This document shows positions 1 through 11,270 of a stretch of DNA of 64,000 nucleotides, in pieces. The stretch spans positions 15,748,001 to 15,812,000 of the forward strand of contig NC_043018.1 in assembly GCF_006345805.1 (NCBI RefSeq). The letters run 5' to 3'. Position 1 is the stretch's first letter, and the number at the start of each line of letters is the position of its first letter. The notes under the pieces were generated by a model, which did no database searches, had not been told where the DNA came from, and was given only the letters and a program-made list of their open reading frames with translations. The position numbers and the translations under genes are program-made. The DNA comes from Octopus sinensis (taxonomy: Eukaryota).

Positions 1-785
1 TAGGCATCTTGAGAGAAAAGTTAAGCATAAGTGGTGTGCAAGAGAGATGACTGTGTTGGTATGGTCATGTGATGCATACAAGGACAGCTGTGTAAAGAAG
101 TGCCGATCTCTAAATGTGGAGGGAACCTGTGGTAGAGGTAGACCCAGGAAGACATGAGACAAGGGGGTGAAGTATGGTCTTCAAGCTTTGAGCTTCACAG
201 GGGCAATGACTGGTGACCGAGACCTTTGGCGATATGCTGTGCTTGAGAAGACCCATCAAGCCAAGTGCACCTGTGCTGGTGGCACATAAAGAACATCTTT
301 TGAACGTTGGGCCTCATGGAGGCGAAGTGGCTGAGCTCCTTTCAAGTGCTGGACCTCATGGAGGCGAGGTAGCTGAGTTCCTTTTGAGCGTTCGACCTTA
401 CAGAGGCAAAGTGGCTGAGTTCCTTTTGAGTATTGGGCCTCACAGAGGCAATGACCAAGACCTTTGGCATTAAATCGTGCTTCAGAAGAAGACCCACCAA
501 GCTGAGCAAAATTACAGTTATGGCATATACCAGTGTCACACAAATTGGTACTTATGCTGGTGGCATGTAAATGCACTCCGGTGTCACACAAATGGCACCC
601 ATGCCAGTGGCACATAAAAGCACCCATTACACTCTTGGAGTGGTTGGCATTAGGAAGGGCATCCGGTGGTAAAAAAACCATGCCAAATCAGACTGGAGTC
701 TGGTGCAGCCATCCAGCGTACCAGCCCAGTCAAATAAATCCAACCCAGCATGGACAACAGATGTTAAATGATGATGATGATTATA
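1..785 (+). mobile_element. RTE-clade LINE 3' relic (ORF C-terminus, 3' UTR and (GAT)n tail)
   Basis: Broken frames give ER*LCWYGHVM...DSCVKKC...GTCGRGRPRKT*...MTGDRDLWRYAVLEKT, the RTE C-terminal signature. These are followed by GGCATTAGGAAGGGCATCC and a GATGATGAT tail. Confidence 0.85.
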
Positions 786-858
786 AATGTTATAGACACC
801 AGGATTTTAATCTCAGGCTGTTTCAAATGTGGATATCAATTTAAAACTGTTTACTTAC

Positions 859-916
859 TTTTCATAGTCTTTCCGGTGTGAGAAGTAATCGACGATACAG
901 GCCAGCATGTAAGTTT
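859..916 (-). CDS. NT5C2: NT5C2 exon; the gene continues beyond position 1
   Basis: ttgttccAG|AA ACT...GAA AA|GTaagt, 58 nt. Encodes (E)TYMLACIVDYFSHRKDYE(K), against human ETYLLACLVDFFTNCPRYT. Confidence 0.95.
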
Positions 917-1052
917 CTGGAACAAAATAAACAAACATAGAGTATAAAATTGATTTATTGCTCATCTGCTTGTCAATACATGTTATGGGAATTGAGAGGG
1001 TGAATAAAAGCGGAAAAATACTTAGAAAATAATATCTAAGGTGCAGGAGTGG

Positions 1053-1155
1053 CTGCATGGTAAGTAGCTTGCTTACCAACCACATGTCCAAGGTGCCATG
1101 CAGTGGGACTGAACCCAGAACCATGTGGTTGGGAAGCAAGCTTCTTACAACACAG
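1053..1155. repeat. Fold-back of two oppositely oriented SINE heads
   Basis: 1053-1086 and 1122-1155 are reverse complements at 29/34 positions. Confidence 0.8.
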
Positions 1156-1497
1156 TGAACCTTGTTAACAATAAGAATAAAAAATGAAGATTATGTTTTT
1201 ACATAAGTTTATTCCCCATTATGGATGTTTCAAACAGCTAGAGGAATCATTTCATCTCTATACAATGGTTTGTTTGTATAATTAATCAAGCAATTAGTCA
1301 ATTAATCAATGGAACAGGTAACCCTTAATCATTCTCCTCAAGCGTTATAGTTATATGGCAGGCTTTGTTTCAGTCTCTGTTTACCAAATTTCTCTCACAA
1401 AGAATTAGTCCACCAGAACCTTTACTAAAGACATTTGCCTAAAGTCTCATACACTGGGACTGGATCCAAAACCACATAGGTGTAAGGTTAACTTTAC

Positions 1498-1532
<35 letters not shown>

Positions 1533-1706
1533 GGCACCACATTTAAAAGTAAACCATAAAGACTGCACCATAGTTTTTTTTGTCAACGATTACCCCATAG
1601 TATTTTTGTTGTTTTTTTTTCTCTCAGTGATTGTTCACCCACCCCCACACTCCACACACCCATCCATTCCCAGATTGTTCAATAGTATTTCCCAAACAAT
1701 TCTTAC

Positions 1707-1795
1707 CTGGTAAATTAAACAATGTGTTAAGAACGTAGCACCGGTTGTCATTGAGTTGTAAAAATTTGTTGGGATAGAGACGTGCAATTTCATTT
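1707..1795 (-). CDS. NT5C2: NT5C2 exon
   Basis: tttttgcAG|A AAT...CCA G|GTaaga, 89 nt. Encodes [29 protein letters not shown](E), against human [31 protein letters not shown]. Confidence 0.96.
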
Positions 1796-1954
1796 CTGCA
1801 AAAAAAAGGATCAGATAAATATCTATGAAACAACCAGCAAACATTAAACACAAGAAAACTAATAATCAATTTTTTCTTCTTGACCCCTTTTTTATGTTTA
1901 TCTCCTTGTCTTCATTGTCCTTCAACTAAATCTGTTTTTTATTGAAACCTCCTC

Positions 1955-2361
1955 ATTCTCTTATACTATACTCTTTTACTCTTTTACTTGTTTCAGTCAT
2001 TTGACTGCGGCCATGCTGGAGCACCGCCTTTAGTCGAGCAAATCGACCCCGGGACTTATTCTTTGTAAGACCAGTACTTATTCTATCGGTCTCTTTTGCC
2101 GAACCGCTAAGTGACGGGGACGTAAACACACCAGCATCGGTTGTCAAGCAATGCTAGGGGGACAAACACAGACACACACACTTATATATATATACATATA
2201 TATACGACAGGCTTCTTTCAGTTTCCGTCTACCAAATCCACTCACAAGGCATTGGTCAGCCCGGGACTATAGCAGAAGACACTTGCCCAAGATGCCACGC
2301 AGTGAGACTGAACCTGGAACCATGTGGTTGGTTAGCAAGCTACTTACCACACAACCACTCC
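1955..2361 (-). mobile_element. tRNA-derived SINE, family A (CORE-like centre, probably OR2-type), near full length
   Basis: The A-box/B-box head TGGTTGTGTGGT...GGTTCAGTCTC is followed by CTTGGGCAAGTGTCTTCT (resembles the MIR/CORE domain), an internal (TA/TG)n tract and an (AAAAGAGT)n tail. More than 15 copies are in the window. The family name is recalled and unverified. Confidence 0.9.
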
Positions 2362-2376
2362 TCTTCACCAATAATT

Positions 2377-2410
<34 letters not shown>

Positions 2411-2615
2411 CCAGTTTATTTATTCTGCTTCCATCAGTAACTATTTCATTTTTCTCCTCTCCTAGACCAAGAGTTTTTGCCCAAAACATTAGAATTATCT
2501 TCTTCCTTACTACAAAATAACTTATTCTGATTGGCTAATTTTTCATACTTATGATTGGTCAAAGTAGTTTCCTTCATTTCTACTGTTTCACTTTGATTAG
2601 AAATAAGTTATTCTA

Positions 2616-2847
2616 AGGTGGCGACCTGGCAGAAACGTTAGCACACCAGGCGAAATGCTTAGCAGTATTTTGTCTGTCGTTGCGTTCTGAGTTCAAATTC
2701 CACCAAGGTAGACTTTGCCTTTCATCCTTTTGGGGTCGATAAATAAAGTACCAGTTTCGCACTGGGGTCGATGTAATCGACTTAATCCCTTTGTCTGTCC
2801 TTGTTTGTCCCCTCTATGTTTAGCCCCTTGTGGGCAATAAAGAAATA
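2616..2847 (+). mobile_element. tRNA-derived SINE, family B
   Basis: Head GGTGGCGACCTGGCAGAAACGTTAGC, B-box GAGTTCAAATTCC, tail GGGCAATAAAGAAATA. Related copies lie at 28.2-28.8, 46.0-46.8 and 62.2-62.9 kb. Confidence 0.85.
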
Positions 2848-3034
2848 TATATAAATAAGTTATTGCTGGAACCTAATTGAATTCCAGGCATGACCAACCA
2901 GTCTCTTTTTTCTTTTTGGTTCATATTGTGCACCTCACACTACATGATCTCAAATCTGTTTTCTTTTTTAAATGGGAAGGGGGAATTTTAAACTTTTCCA
3001 GTACCTTAACTTCTCTTAAGTACCTTAAGTACCT

Positions 3035-3345
3035 CATGGCCATAATCACAGATGATGGGAAACAAGAGACTGTGAGCAGATTTGGTAGACAGAAACTGAA
3101 AGAAGCCCATTGTATATATATTTTTATGTGTGTGTGTGTCTGTGTGTCTTTGTATCTGCAGTTGTCTCCACCACCATCACTTGACAACAAATGTTGGTGT
3201 GTTTATGTCCCCATAACTTGGTGGTTTAGCAAAAGAGACAAACAAAATATGCAAAGAATAAGGCCTGAGGTCGATTTTTTCAACTAAAAACCTCTAAGGC
3301 CATGCTCCAGCATGGCCACAGTCAAATGATTGAAAGAAGTGAAAG
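3035..3345 (+). mobile_element. Diverged family-A SINE lacking its head
   Basis: Aligns by eye to the family-A body (GATTTGGTAGACAGAAACTGAAAGAAGCC...CTCCAGCATGGCCACAGTCAAATGA). Confidence 0.8.
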
Positions 3346-3869
3346 AATACATATATGCCAAGGTCTATTCCCTATTTTTTTTAAGAGGGGGTAGCCACAA
3401 CAAGACACACATCAGGCATTCCATTCATTTCCCAACTCAAAGCGGCGAGCCCTGTTCTATGCTTGGGTCAAGGCATAGAACGCAACCCCCAATATCAGCA
3501 GCAGAGCCCGACAGCATATGCTGGTTCACCCCTGCCGCATCATGCCGATTCAGTACCCGTTTGAGAAACATCAAAATTCACTTTTGAGCATTCGGCCTTA
3601 CAGAGGCAAAGTGACTGAGTACCTTTTGAGTGTTGGGCCTCATGGAGGCAATGACCAAAACCTTTGGTATTAGGTCGTACTTCAGAAGAAGACCCATCAA
3701 GCTGAGCAAAATTACAGTCATGGCATATACTAGTGTCACACAAATTGGTACCTATGCTGGTGGCATGTAAATGCACTCCGGTGTCACACAAATGGCACCC
3801 ATGCCAGTGGCACATAAAAGCACCCATTACACTTTTGGAGTGGTTGGCATTAGGAAACACACACACTCC

Positions 3870-4335
3870 AAGCTTTCCTATCATTTACAAACTCTCTTGC
3901 CTCTCTCTCACTCTAACACCTCTGACGACCAAAGCTTTCCTCACTCCATCCATCTACACAAACCGAGGTCAGCCTCTGGTTCTGCTGCCAACCACTTCAG
4001 CCTCCATCACCCTCCTTACCATCCACTCCTCATCCATCCTCTCCATGTGGCCAAACCACCTCAACATTCATCTATCCATTTTGGTGATTAGCTTTTCTCT
4101 CATTCCTGCTCGCCTTCACACCTCCTCATTTCTTCATCCTGTCCATCCATGTCACACCCACCAAAGCCCTCAAACATCTCATCTCAACCACATCCAGTCA
4201 CCTCCTTTGCGCCTCTCTCAGCCCCCATGTCTTTGCACCATATAACATTGTCAGCACAATCACACCCTCAAACGCACTTCTTTTCGCTTTCATACTCAAC
4301 CTTTTATCTCTCAGCATACCTCTCACAACCCCAAG
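3870..4335 (-). pseudogene. RTE-clade LINE ORF C-terminal relic
   Basis: Minus-strand translation: LSMKAKRSAFEGVIVLTMLYGAKTWGLREAQRR*LDVVEMRCLRALVGVTWMDR..NEEV*RRAG...MLRWFGHMERMDEEWMVRRVMEAEVVGSRTRG*PRF. The LYGxxTW, LRWFGHxxRM and RGRPR motifs are diagnostic. Confidence 0.9.
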
Positions 4336-4568
4336 TATCTATGCTTGAGTCAAGGCATAGAACACAACCCCATGAGGGCCAGTCAGGCAGTACTGGCAAT
4401 GGCCACAATCAAATGGTGTTTCTTACGTGACACCTGCACTATCAAAATATTACAGGTGTAATTCTGAGCATCTTAAAATTACTTTGGTTCACTTTAAACA
4501 AACAGGTAATTTTGGTGAATAAAAGAATAATGTTAATGAGACAGAAAAATAGTCAAAATGGTTCTTAC

Positions 4569-4664
4569 TGTTTCATAATTTTGAGGCCATGAACACAGAT
4601 CAGAATATTTCCATAACTGTCTACTTTTAGCAGGTTACCATAGATTTTATCAAACCACAAACCT
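4569..4664 (-). CDS. NT5C2: NT5C2 exon (96 nt, symmetric phase 2-2)
   Basis: ttttccAG|A GGT...AAA CA|GTaaga. Encodes [31 protein letters not shown](Q), against human [31 protein letters not shown]. Confidence 0.96.
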
Positions 4665-4720
4665 CTGGAAAATATAAAACAAAAGATATACAAAGGAATA
4701 TTGAAACAAATAAATAAATA

Positions 4721-5140
4721 AAGGCGCAGCAGTGGCTGTGTGGTAAGTAGCTTGCTTACCAACCACATGGTTCCGGGTTTAGTCCCACTGAGTGGCATCT
4801 TGGGCAAGTGTCTTCTGCTATAGCCCTGGGCCGACCAATGCCTTGTGAGTGGATTTGGTAGACGGAAACTGAAAGAAGCCTGTCGTATATATGTATATAT
4901 ATGTATGTATGTATGTGTGTGTGTTTGTGTGTCTGTGTTTGTCCCCCTAGCATTGCTTGACAACCGATGCTGGTGTGTTTACGTCCCTGTCACTTAGCGG
5001 TTCGGCAAAAGAGACCGATAGAATAAGTACTGGGCTTACAAAGAATAAGTGCCGGGGTCGATTTGCTCGACTAAAGGCGGTGCTCCAGCATGGCCGCAGT
5101 CAAATGACTGAAACAAGTAAAAGAGTAAAAGAGTAAGAGT
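4721..5140 (+). mobile_element. Family-A SINE, young full-length copy
   Basis: Complete from head to tail with most CpGs retained. It starts about 57 nt from the acceptor of the 4664 exon. Confidence 0.92.
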
Positions 5141-5652
5141 ATACATTCACACACACACACACACACACAAAGTACTAGTATATCCAACTCCTACCCATAA
5201 AGATCTCTATATTTTCACACTTTGTAGATTTGAATCAGAGAAAAACAAGTGGATATAACAAAGTATATGTATATAAGTGATAACCAGCAGGAAGTGCATC
5301 CAGCTGTAGAAACTGTAGATGCAATAAAAAAAAACCTTCATAACTAAGAATGGAAAAAAAAAAAAAAACAGATGTAAAACATCACAATTTCTTTTGGTGT
5401 GTTGCTGGTTTCAGGCATTGAGCTCTGGAACACCTCCTTGGTGAGGAGTTTAATGTTTCCACTTTCAGTAATGCAAATCAAATCCTGTATTTATTGATTG
5501 ATTGATTCTAGTTTCAGCTCATGAGCTGTGGCCATGCTGGGGCACCGCCATTTGTTGAAGTCTGGTATATATCCTATTGGCCTGTATTTTGACGAACTGC
5601 TAAGTTACAGGTAGGTAAACGAGGAAACACTGGTTGTCGAATGGTATTATTA

Positions 5653-5915
5653 TCATCATCATCATCCTCATCATCGTTTAACATCCATTTTCCGTGCTAG
5701 CACAGGTTGGACGGTTCGACCAGGGTCTGGGAAGCCAGGAGGCTGCACCAGGCCCAGGCCCAGTCTGATCTGGCAGTGTTTCTACAACTGGATGCCCTTC
5801 CTAATGCGAACCACTCTGTGAGTGTAGTGGGTGCTTTTTACGTGCCACTGGCACAGGTGCCAGGGGAGGCTGGCAGTGGCCACGATCGGTTGGTGCTTTT
5901 TACGTGCCACCAGCA
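5653..5915 (-). mobile_element. RTE-type 3' tail element
   Basis: (CAT)n followed by the reverse complement of TTAGGAAGGGCATCCAGTTGTAGAAAC. Similar copies lie at 3560-3857, 18335-18618, 23720-24280, 24440-24616, 24960-25215, 26238-26860 and 30798-31260. Confidence 0.85.
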
Positions 5916-6011
5916 CATGTATCACAACTACAATTTCCATTTGATATCTATTTTGATATTTATTTTGATGTTGATGATGATGTAGAGATTAATTACAAAT
6001 AGGACATACTC

Positions 6012-6668
6012 AAACACACAGATGCATACACGCACACACACACATGCACACACATACACACACACACATGCACACACACACACACACGCACACATGCACA
6101 CACACATGCACACACACACATGCATACACACACATGCACACACAGACATGCACACACACACATACATGCACACACATACACATGCACACACACACATGCA
6201 CACACACACACATGCACACACACATGCATACATGCACACACACACACACATGCACACACACAATACATGCACACACATACACATGCACACACCACATGCA
6301 CACGCACACACATGCACACACACACATGCACACACCCACACACACACACACACACACACATGCACAACACACACACATGCACACCACACACACACATGCA
6401 CACACACATGCATACATGCACACACGCACACACATGCACACACACACATACATGCACACACATACACATGCACACACACACATGCACACGCACACACATG
6501 CACACACACACACACACACATGCACACACCCACACACACACACGCACACACATGCACACACACACATACATGCACACACATACACATGCACACACACATG
6601 CACACGCACACACATGCACACACACACACATGCACACACCCACACACACACACACACACACATGCACA
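6012..6668. repeat. Compound (CA)n/(CATG) microsatellite
   Basis: Directly visible; it explains the HT- and CV-rich ORFs at 5.9-6.8 kb. Confidence 0.97.
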
Positions 6669-6985
6669 AATGATGGGTTCCCACAGTTCCTACTCATCGA
6701 ATTCACTCACAGCTCACTGGTCAGTCCAGAACTACGGTAGAAGATGCTTCACCTAAGTGTTACGTAGATGGATTGAACTCTTAAACTATGTGGTTTTGAA
6801 GCATGTCTCTTAACCACACAGCCATGCTTGCACGTACAAAAAAAAAAGAAGAAAAAAAAACTTAATCCATTAAGGAATTTAAAATAATGAGAAATAATGG
6901 ATTACTAACGAGATTATCATGAATTGCTGTTGTTTAACCCCAGATTAGCACTGGCTCAACAACACTTTTTTCAGACAAAGAATAT

Positions 6986-7120
6986 ATCATCACCATCACC
7001 ATCATCATCATCATCATCAGCACCACCATCACCACCATCATCACCACCATCATCATCATCACCATCACCAGCACCACCATCATCATCACCATCATCATCA
7101 TCATCACCACCACCACCACC

Positions 7121-7175
<55 letters not shown>

Positions 7176-7177
7176 CT
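6986..7177. repeat. (CAT)n/(CAC)n trinucleotide tract
   Basis: Directly visible. Confidence 0.97.
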
Positions 7178-7608
7178 ATCTGAACTATTTGTTCTCTGAA
7201 TTAGCATGTACTTGGCTGAGTATTCCACAGACACGTGAAGCCTGGATGTAGTAACCGTCGGACATAACTAGTACATTTGAAATTCATCCCAAGCTGGATG
7301 GTCACAACTGGAACATCTTTGATTATCAGTCTGTTCAATCAGCATTGATCTTGGGTCAAACAACAGCAAAAAAACAACAACAATAACAACAACAACAACA
7401 ACAATAAGACATATCTAAACGTGTTTATTTCCTTACCTTTGTTTTTATAGTCAGGAGACAGGGCAGTGCCCCTGGCCTTTGCAGGCTCTCCAAGACTGAG
7501 CATGGAAAAAAATAATATCAATGTAACACTTGTTAATAAAACAAAAGTAATAATGCAACAACAAAGCACGAAAACCATTTTAAAAAGTATCCAAGGATTT
7601 CCTCTCAC

Positions 7609-7726
7609 CTGACGGGAAACGATGGGTCATATTTAAAGTCTTTGATTGCTTTAGGGTAACCAATGTTAATAAGTCTTTCCTTAAGTTCTTCAAAACACAG
7701 AGTTTCGTAGTCTGGAGACTTGTACA
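7609..7726 (-). CDS. NT5C2: NT5C2 exon
   Basis: ttgctcAG|TG TAC...GTC AG|GTgaga, 118 nt. Encodes (V)[38 protein letters not shown](R), against human [25 protein letters not shown]...YDSTFPTR. Too short to appear in the ORF track. Confidence 0.96.
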
Positions 7727-7800
7727 CTGAGCAAGGAGGAGGCAAAATGGATTACACAATGAAAATAAAGTTAAAGATAATTTTGAATAAAAAAAAAAAA

Positions 7801-8428
7801 AGAGTCATAACAGAAGAGTCACAATAGAAGAGTCAGAGTAGAAGAGTCATAGTAGAAGAGTCACAGCAGAAGAATCACAGCAAGAAAATTGCAGTAAAGG
7901 AGTTACAACAAAAGAGTCATAGGAAAAGTTTCACAGCAGAAGAGTCACAGCAAAATGACGGTAGAAGAGTCACAGCAGAAGAGTCACAGCAGACATCATA
8001 GCAGAAGAGTCACAGCAGACATCATAGCAGAAGAGTCACAGTAGAAGAGTCACAACAGACATCATAGCAGAAGAGTCACAGCAGAAGAGTCACAGCAGAC
8101 ATCATAGCAGAAGAGTCACAACAGACATCATAGCAGAAGAGTCATAACAGACATCATAGCAGAAGAGTCACAACAGACATCATAGCAGAAGAGTCACAAC
8201 AAACATCATAGCAGAAGAGTCACACAACAGACATCATAGCAGAAGAGTCACAACAGACATCATAGCAGAAGAGTCGCAGCAGAAGCATCACACCAGAAGT
8301 TATAGCGAAAGTATTAAAGCAGAAGAGTTACAACAGAAGATTCACAAAACAAGAGTCAAGGGAAAAGAATTCTGGAAGAGTCACAGTAGAAGAGTCAAAG
8401 CAGAGTCATCAAAGCTAAAGAGTCAAGG
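7801..8428. repeat. Minisatellite, 26-bp unit AGCAGAAGAGTCACAACAGACATCAT with 13-bp sub-units
   Basis: AGCAGAAG recurs at 8106, 8132 and 8158. The array fills most of the 773-bp intron 7727-8499. Confidence 0.95.
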
Positions 8429-8499
8429 TATGCAGTACATCTCTTTTAACTACTCAATTCCTTTTACGGAGACATTTATCACATGATATCTTCACTTAC

Positions 8500-8573
8500 C
8501 TGCCAATGTGTAGTCCATATCAAATCCAAAGAACTTGATCTTGTTCAAATTCAGACTTCGGTTGACGAATATT
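8500..8573 (-). CDS. NT5C2: NT5C2 exon carrying HAD motif I (DMDYT)
   Basis: tccctAG|A ATA TTC...GCA G|GTaagt, 74 nt. Encodes (R)[24 protein letters not shown], close to human [25 protein letters not shown]. Confidence 0.97.
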
Positions 8574-9031
8574 CTAGGGACAAGAAATGCAAAGAGAATT
8601 AAGAAAGAAAAATGGTTATTAGATTCCAATAAACGTGTCTGTTGTTTTATATATGTATCTATACATACATATATATATGCATGTATATATATATATATAT
8701 ATATAAATATATATATGCATGTACATATATATATGCATGGATATATATATATATATATATATATGTATACATAAATATGCATGTATGTATATATGTATAT
8801 ATATATATATATATGTATATGTATGTATATCACGTGATCACGTGACCGACCAGACCATCAGATGTTGTTACACATCGCTGGTCACAATGTGTTCGCATTG
8901 TTTTAGCCTTCGAATGACGCCACCCCGCTGGCTAAGCGAGCAGGCCAATGTATGTATATATATATATACATATATGTACATGTATGTATATATATACATA
9001 TATGTATATGTATGTATATATATATATATAC

Positions 9032-9076
<45 letters not shown>

Positions 9077-9318
9077 TGTATATGTATGTATATATACATA
9101 TATGTATATATATATATGTATATATGTATATATTTATATATATTATTATATATGTTTTTATTATTTTTTTTGCAATTTAATTAATCATTGATATTTCATT
9201 GTTTTTTAATTTTGATATTTCTATTATATGTAATTTTCTAGATGGTGTAATTTAATTGTTCATTTTGAATTGATAAAAAGTGGGTTTTTTCTAATTTTTT
9301 ATATATCTATATATATAC

Positions 9319-9349
<31 letters not shown>

Positions 9350-9929
9350 TACTAAATATAGGAAATTATAATAATAAATAAACATAATACCTTGCAGCCA
9401 TTTCTCTCTGTTCTTTTTTTTTGTTTGTTTTTGTTTGCTTTTTAGTCTTTTTTTTTTTTTAGTTTTTTTGTGCGAGGTTTATAAAACGAAGTCAGTTAGT
9501 ACGACTTGTAGTCTTTTTTGTAAAAACAGAACTAGTACAAAGCTACTTCCTCCTTCGTGTCATGGCAAGCAGCTTAGTGAAAACAAGAGCAATTTACTGT
9601 GGTCTCCAATCACTTGAAAAGCATGGAATTTGAACTTTTGCCAGATCTTTAATGGTCAACATGAAAGGAATCACTTGTTTAAGCCAAAATGAAAATGTCT
9701 GATGAGTTTCTATATCAGAATGATATAGATGTTTGTTTTTAATAATATATCTTTTTTTTCTTATTGTTTGTTTATCTATTTGTTTTATTACACATTATAG
9801 AAAAAAAAGGTTTCCTGAATGCTCTTGCTAACATTGTCAGAAAAACAGAGGAAGAGTACATTAAGATGATGTAACCCTAGATATCCACCACCCACAGCTG
9901 AAAATTAAAAAACAAAACAAAACAGTCAT

Positions 9930-10095
9930 AGGCGTAGGAGTGGCTGCGTGGTAAGTAGCTTGCTTACCAACCACATGGTTCCAGCTTCAGTCCCACTGCG
10001 TGGCATCTTGGGCAAGTGTCTTCTACTATAGCCCCGGGCCGACCAATGCCTTGTGAGTGGATTTGGTAGACGGGAACTGAAAGAAGCCCGTCGTA

Positions 10096-10154
<59 letters not shown>

Positions 10155-10357
10155 GTGTGTTTGTGTGTGTGTGTTTGTCCCCCTAGCATTGCTTGACAAC
10201 CGATGCTGGTGTGTTTATGTCCCTGTCACAAAAGAGACTGATAGAATAAGTACTGGGCTTACAAAGAATAAGTCCCAGGGTCGATTTGCTCGACTAAAGG
10301 CGGTGCTCCAGCATGGCCGCAGTCAAATGACTGAAACAAGTAAAAGAGTAAAAGAGT
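9930..10357 (+). mobile_element. Family-A SINE
   Basis: Head-to-tail copy with an expanded (TA)n tract and a small internal deletion. Confidence 0.9.
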
Positions 10358-11270
10358 CATGATTGGAAGGCCTATGAGTACAAAGCTACGCATGATTGAC
10401 CACAGGCTAGACAGCAGCAACAACATCCATACTAGTTCTATATTTAAGAGATGAGGAATTATGTACATTATTTATGTTATTTACATTCGACGGATATTTG
10501 TCCTCATCTTGTTTGTTGTTAACACAACGTTTCGGCTGATATACCCTCCAGCCTTCATCAGGTGTCTAGGGGAAATTTCAAACCTGGGTTCTCATCCCTA
10601 AGGTATTTTTTGATGTTATTATTATCATTATTGTTAAAGTTCACTGCTTGGAATCAAACTCAGAATCTTGGGGTTAGTAGCCCGTGCACTTAACCACTAC
10701 ACCCTGGGCATATGGCCCACAGGCATATAGCATAGTGATTAAGAGTGCAGGCTACTAACCCCAACTATTATCCTAAACTATTTTGTCCTATACTCTAACA
10801 ACTTTGCCACTTCACCCATTATGAGCCATTAATCAAATACTAAACAAAAAGTTACAGATGATCTCTCCTTTGTTGAACAAACTAAAAACTAGCACAAAAT
10901 GTTCTCCAATTTACAAAGTAGTCAAACAGCTTTATTGATGTAAAAACATTCTGTTCCCGAATATAAAACATTCTGTTTCCAACAATCACTGAATTGGCAA
11001 CAGTTAGAACAGTTATAAAGTTTCTTTGTCATTATAGATTTATGTTTCATTTGACACAAACAGCTGCAGATCTTATTTATGGCCCAATGGTCTGGTCTAT
11101 TCGCTGACAACCTTGAAAAGCATCAACATATCACAGAACAGACTGCATAATACTCTTAATTATGTTATTGAAACAGTGAATAAGATAAACCGTGATATGT
11201 ACTCAGACCTTAGCCACAATTTGAGCCTCTTTAATTACAGACTGAGATTTACGATATCTCTCTCTCTCTC

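Noticed and set aside
5928-6756. His/Thr- and Cys/Val-rich ORFs of 200-240 aa
   Set aside because: Open in many frames because they are a (CA)n/(CATG) microsatellite; no metal-binding protein is supported.
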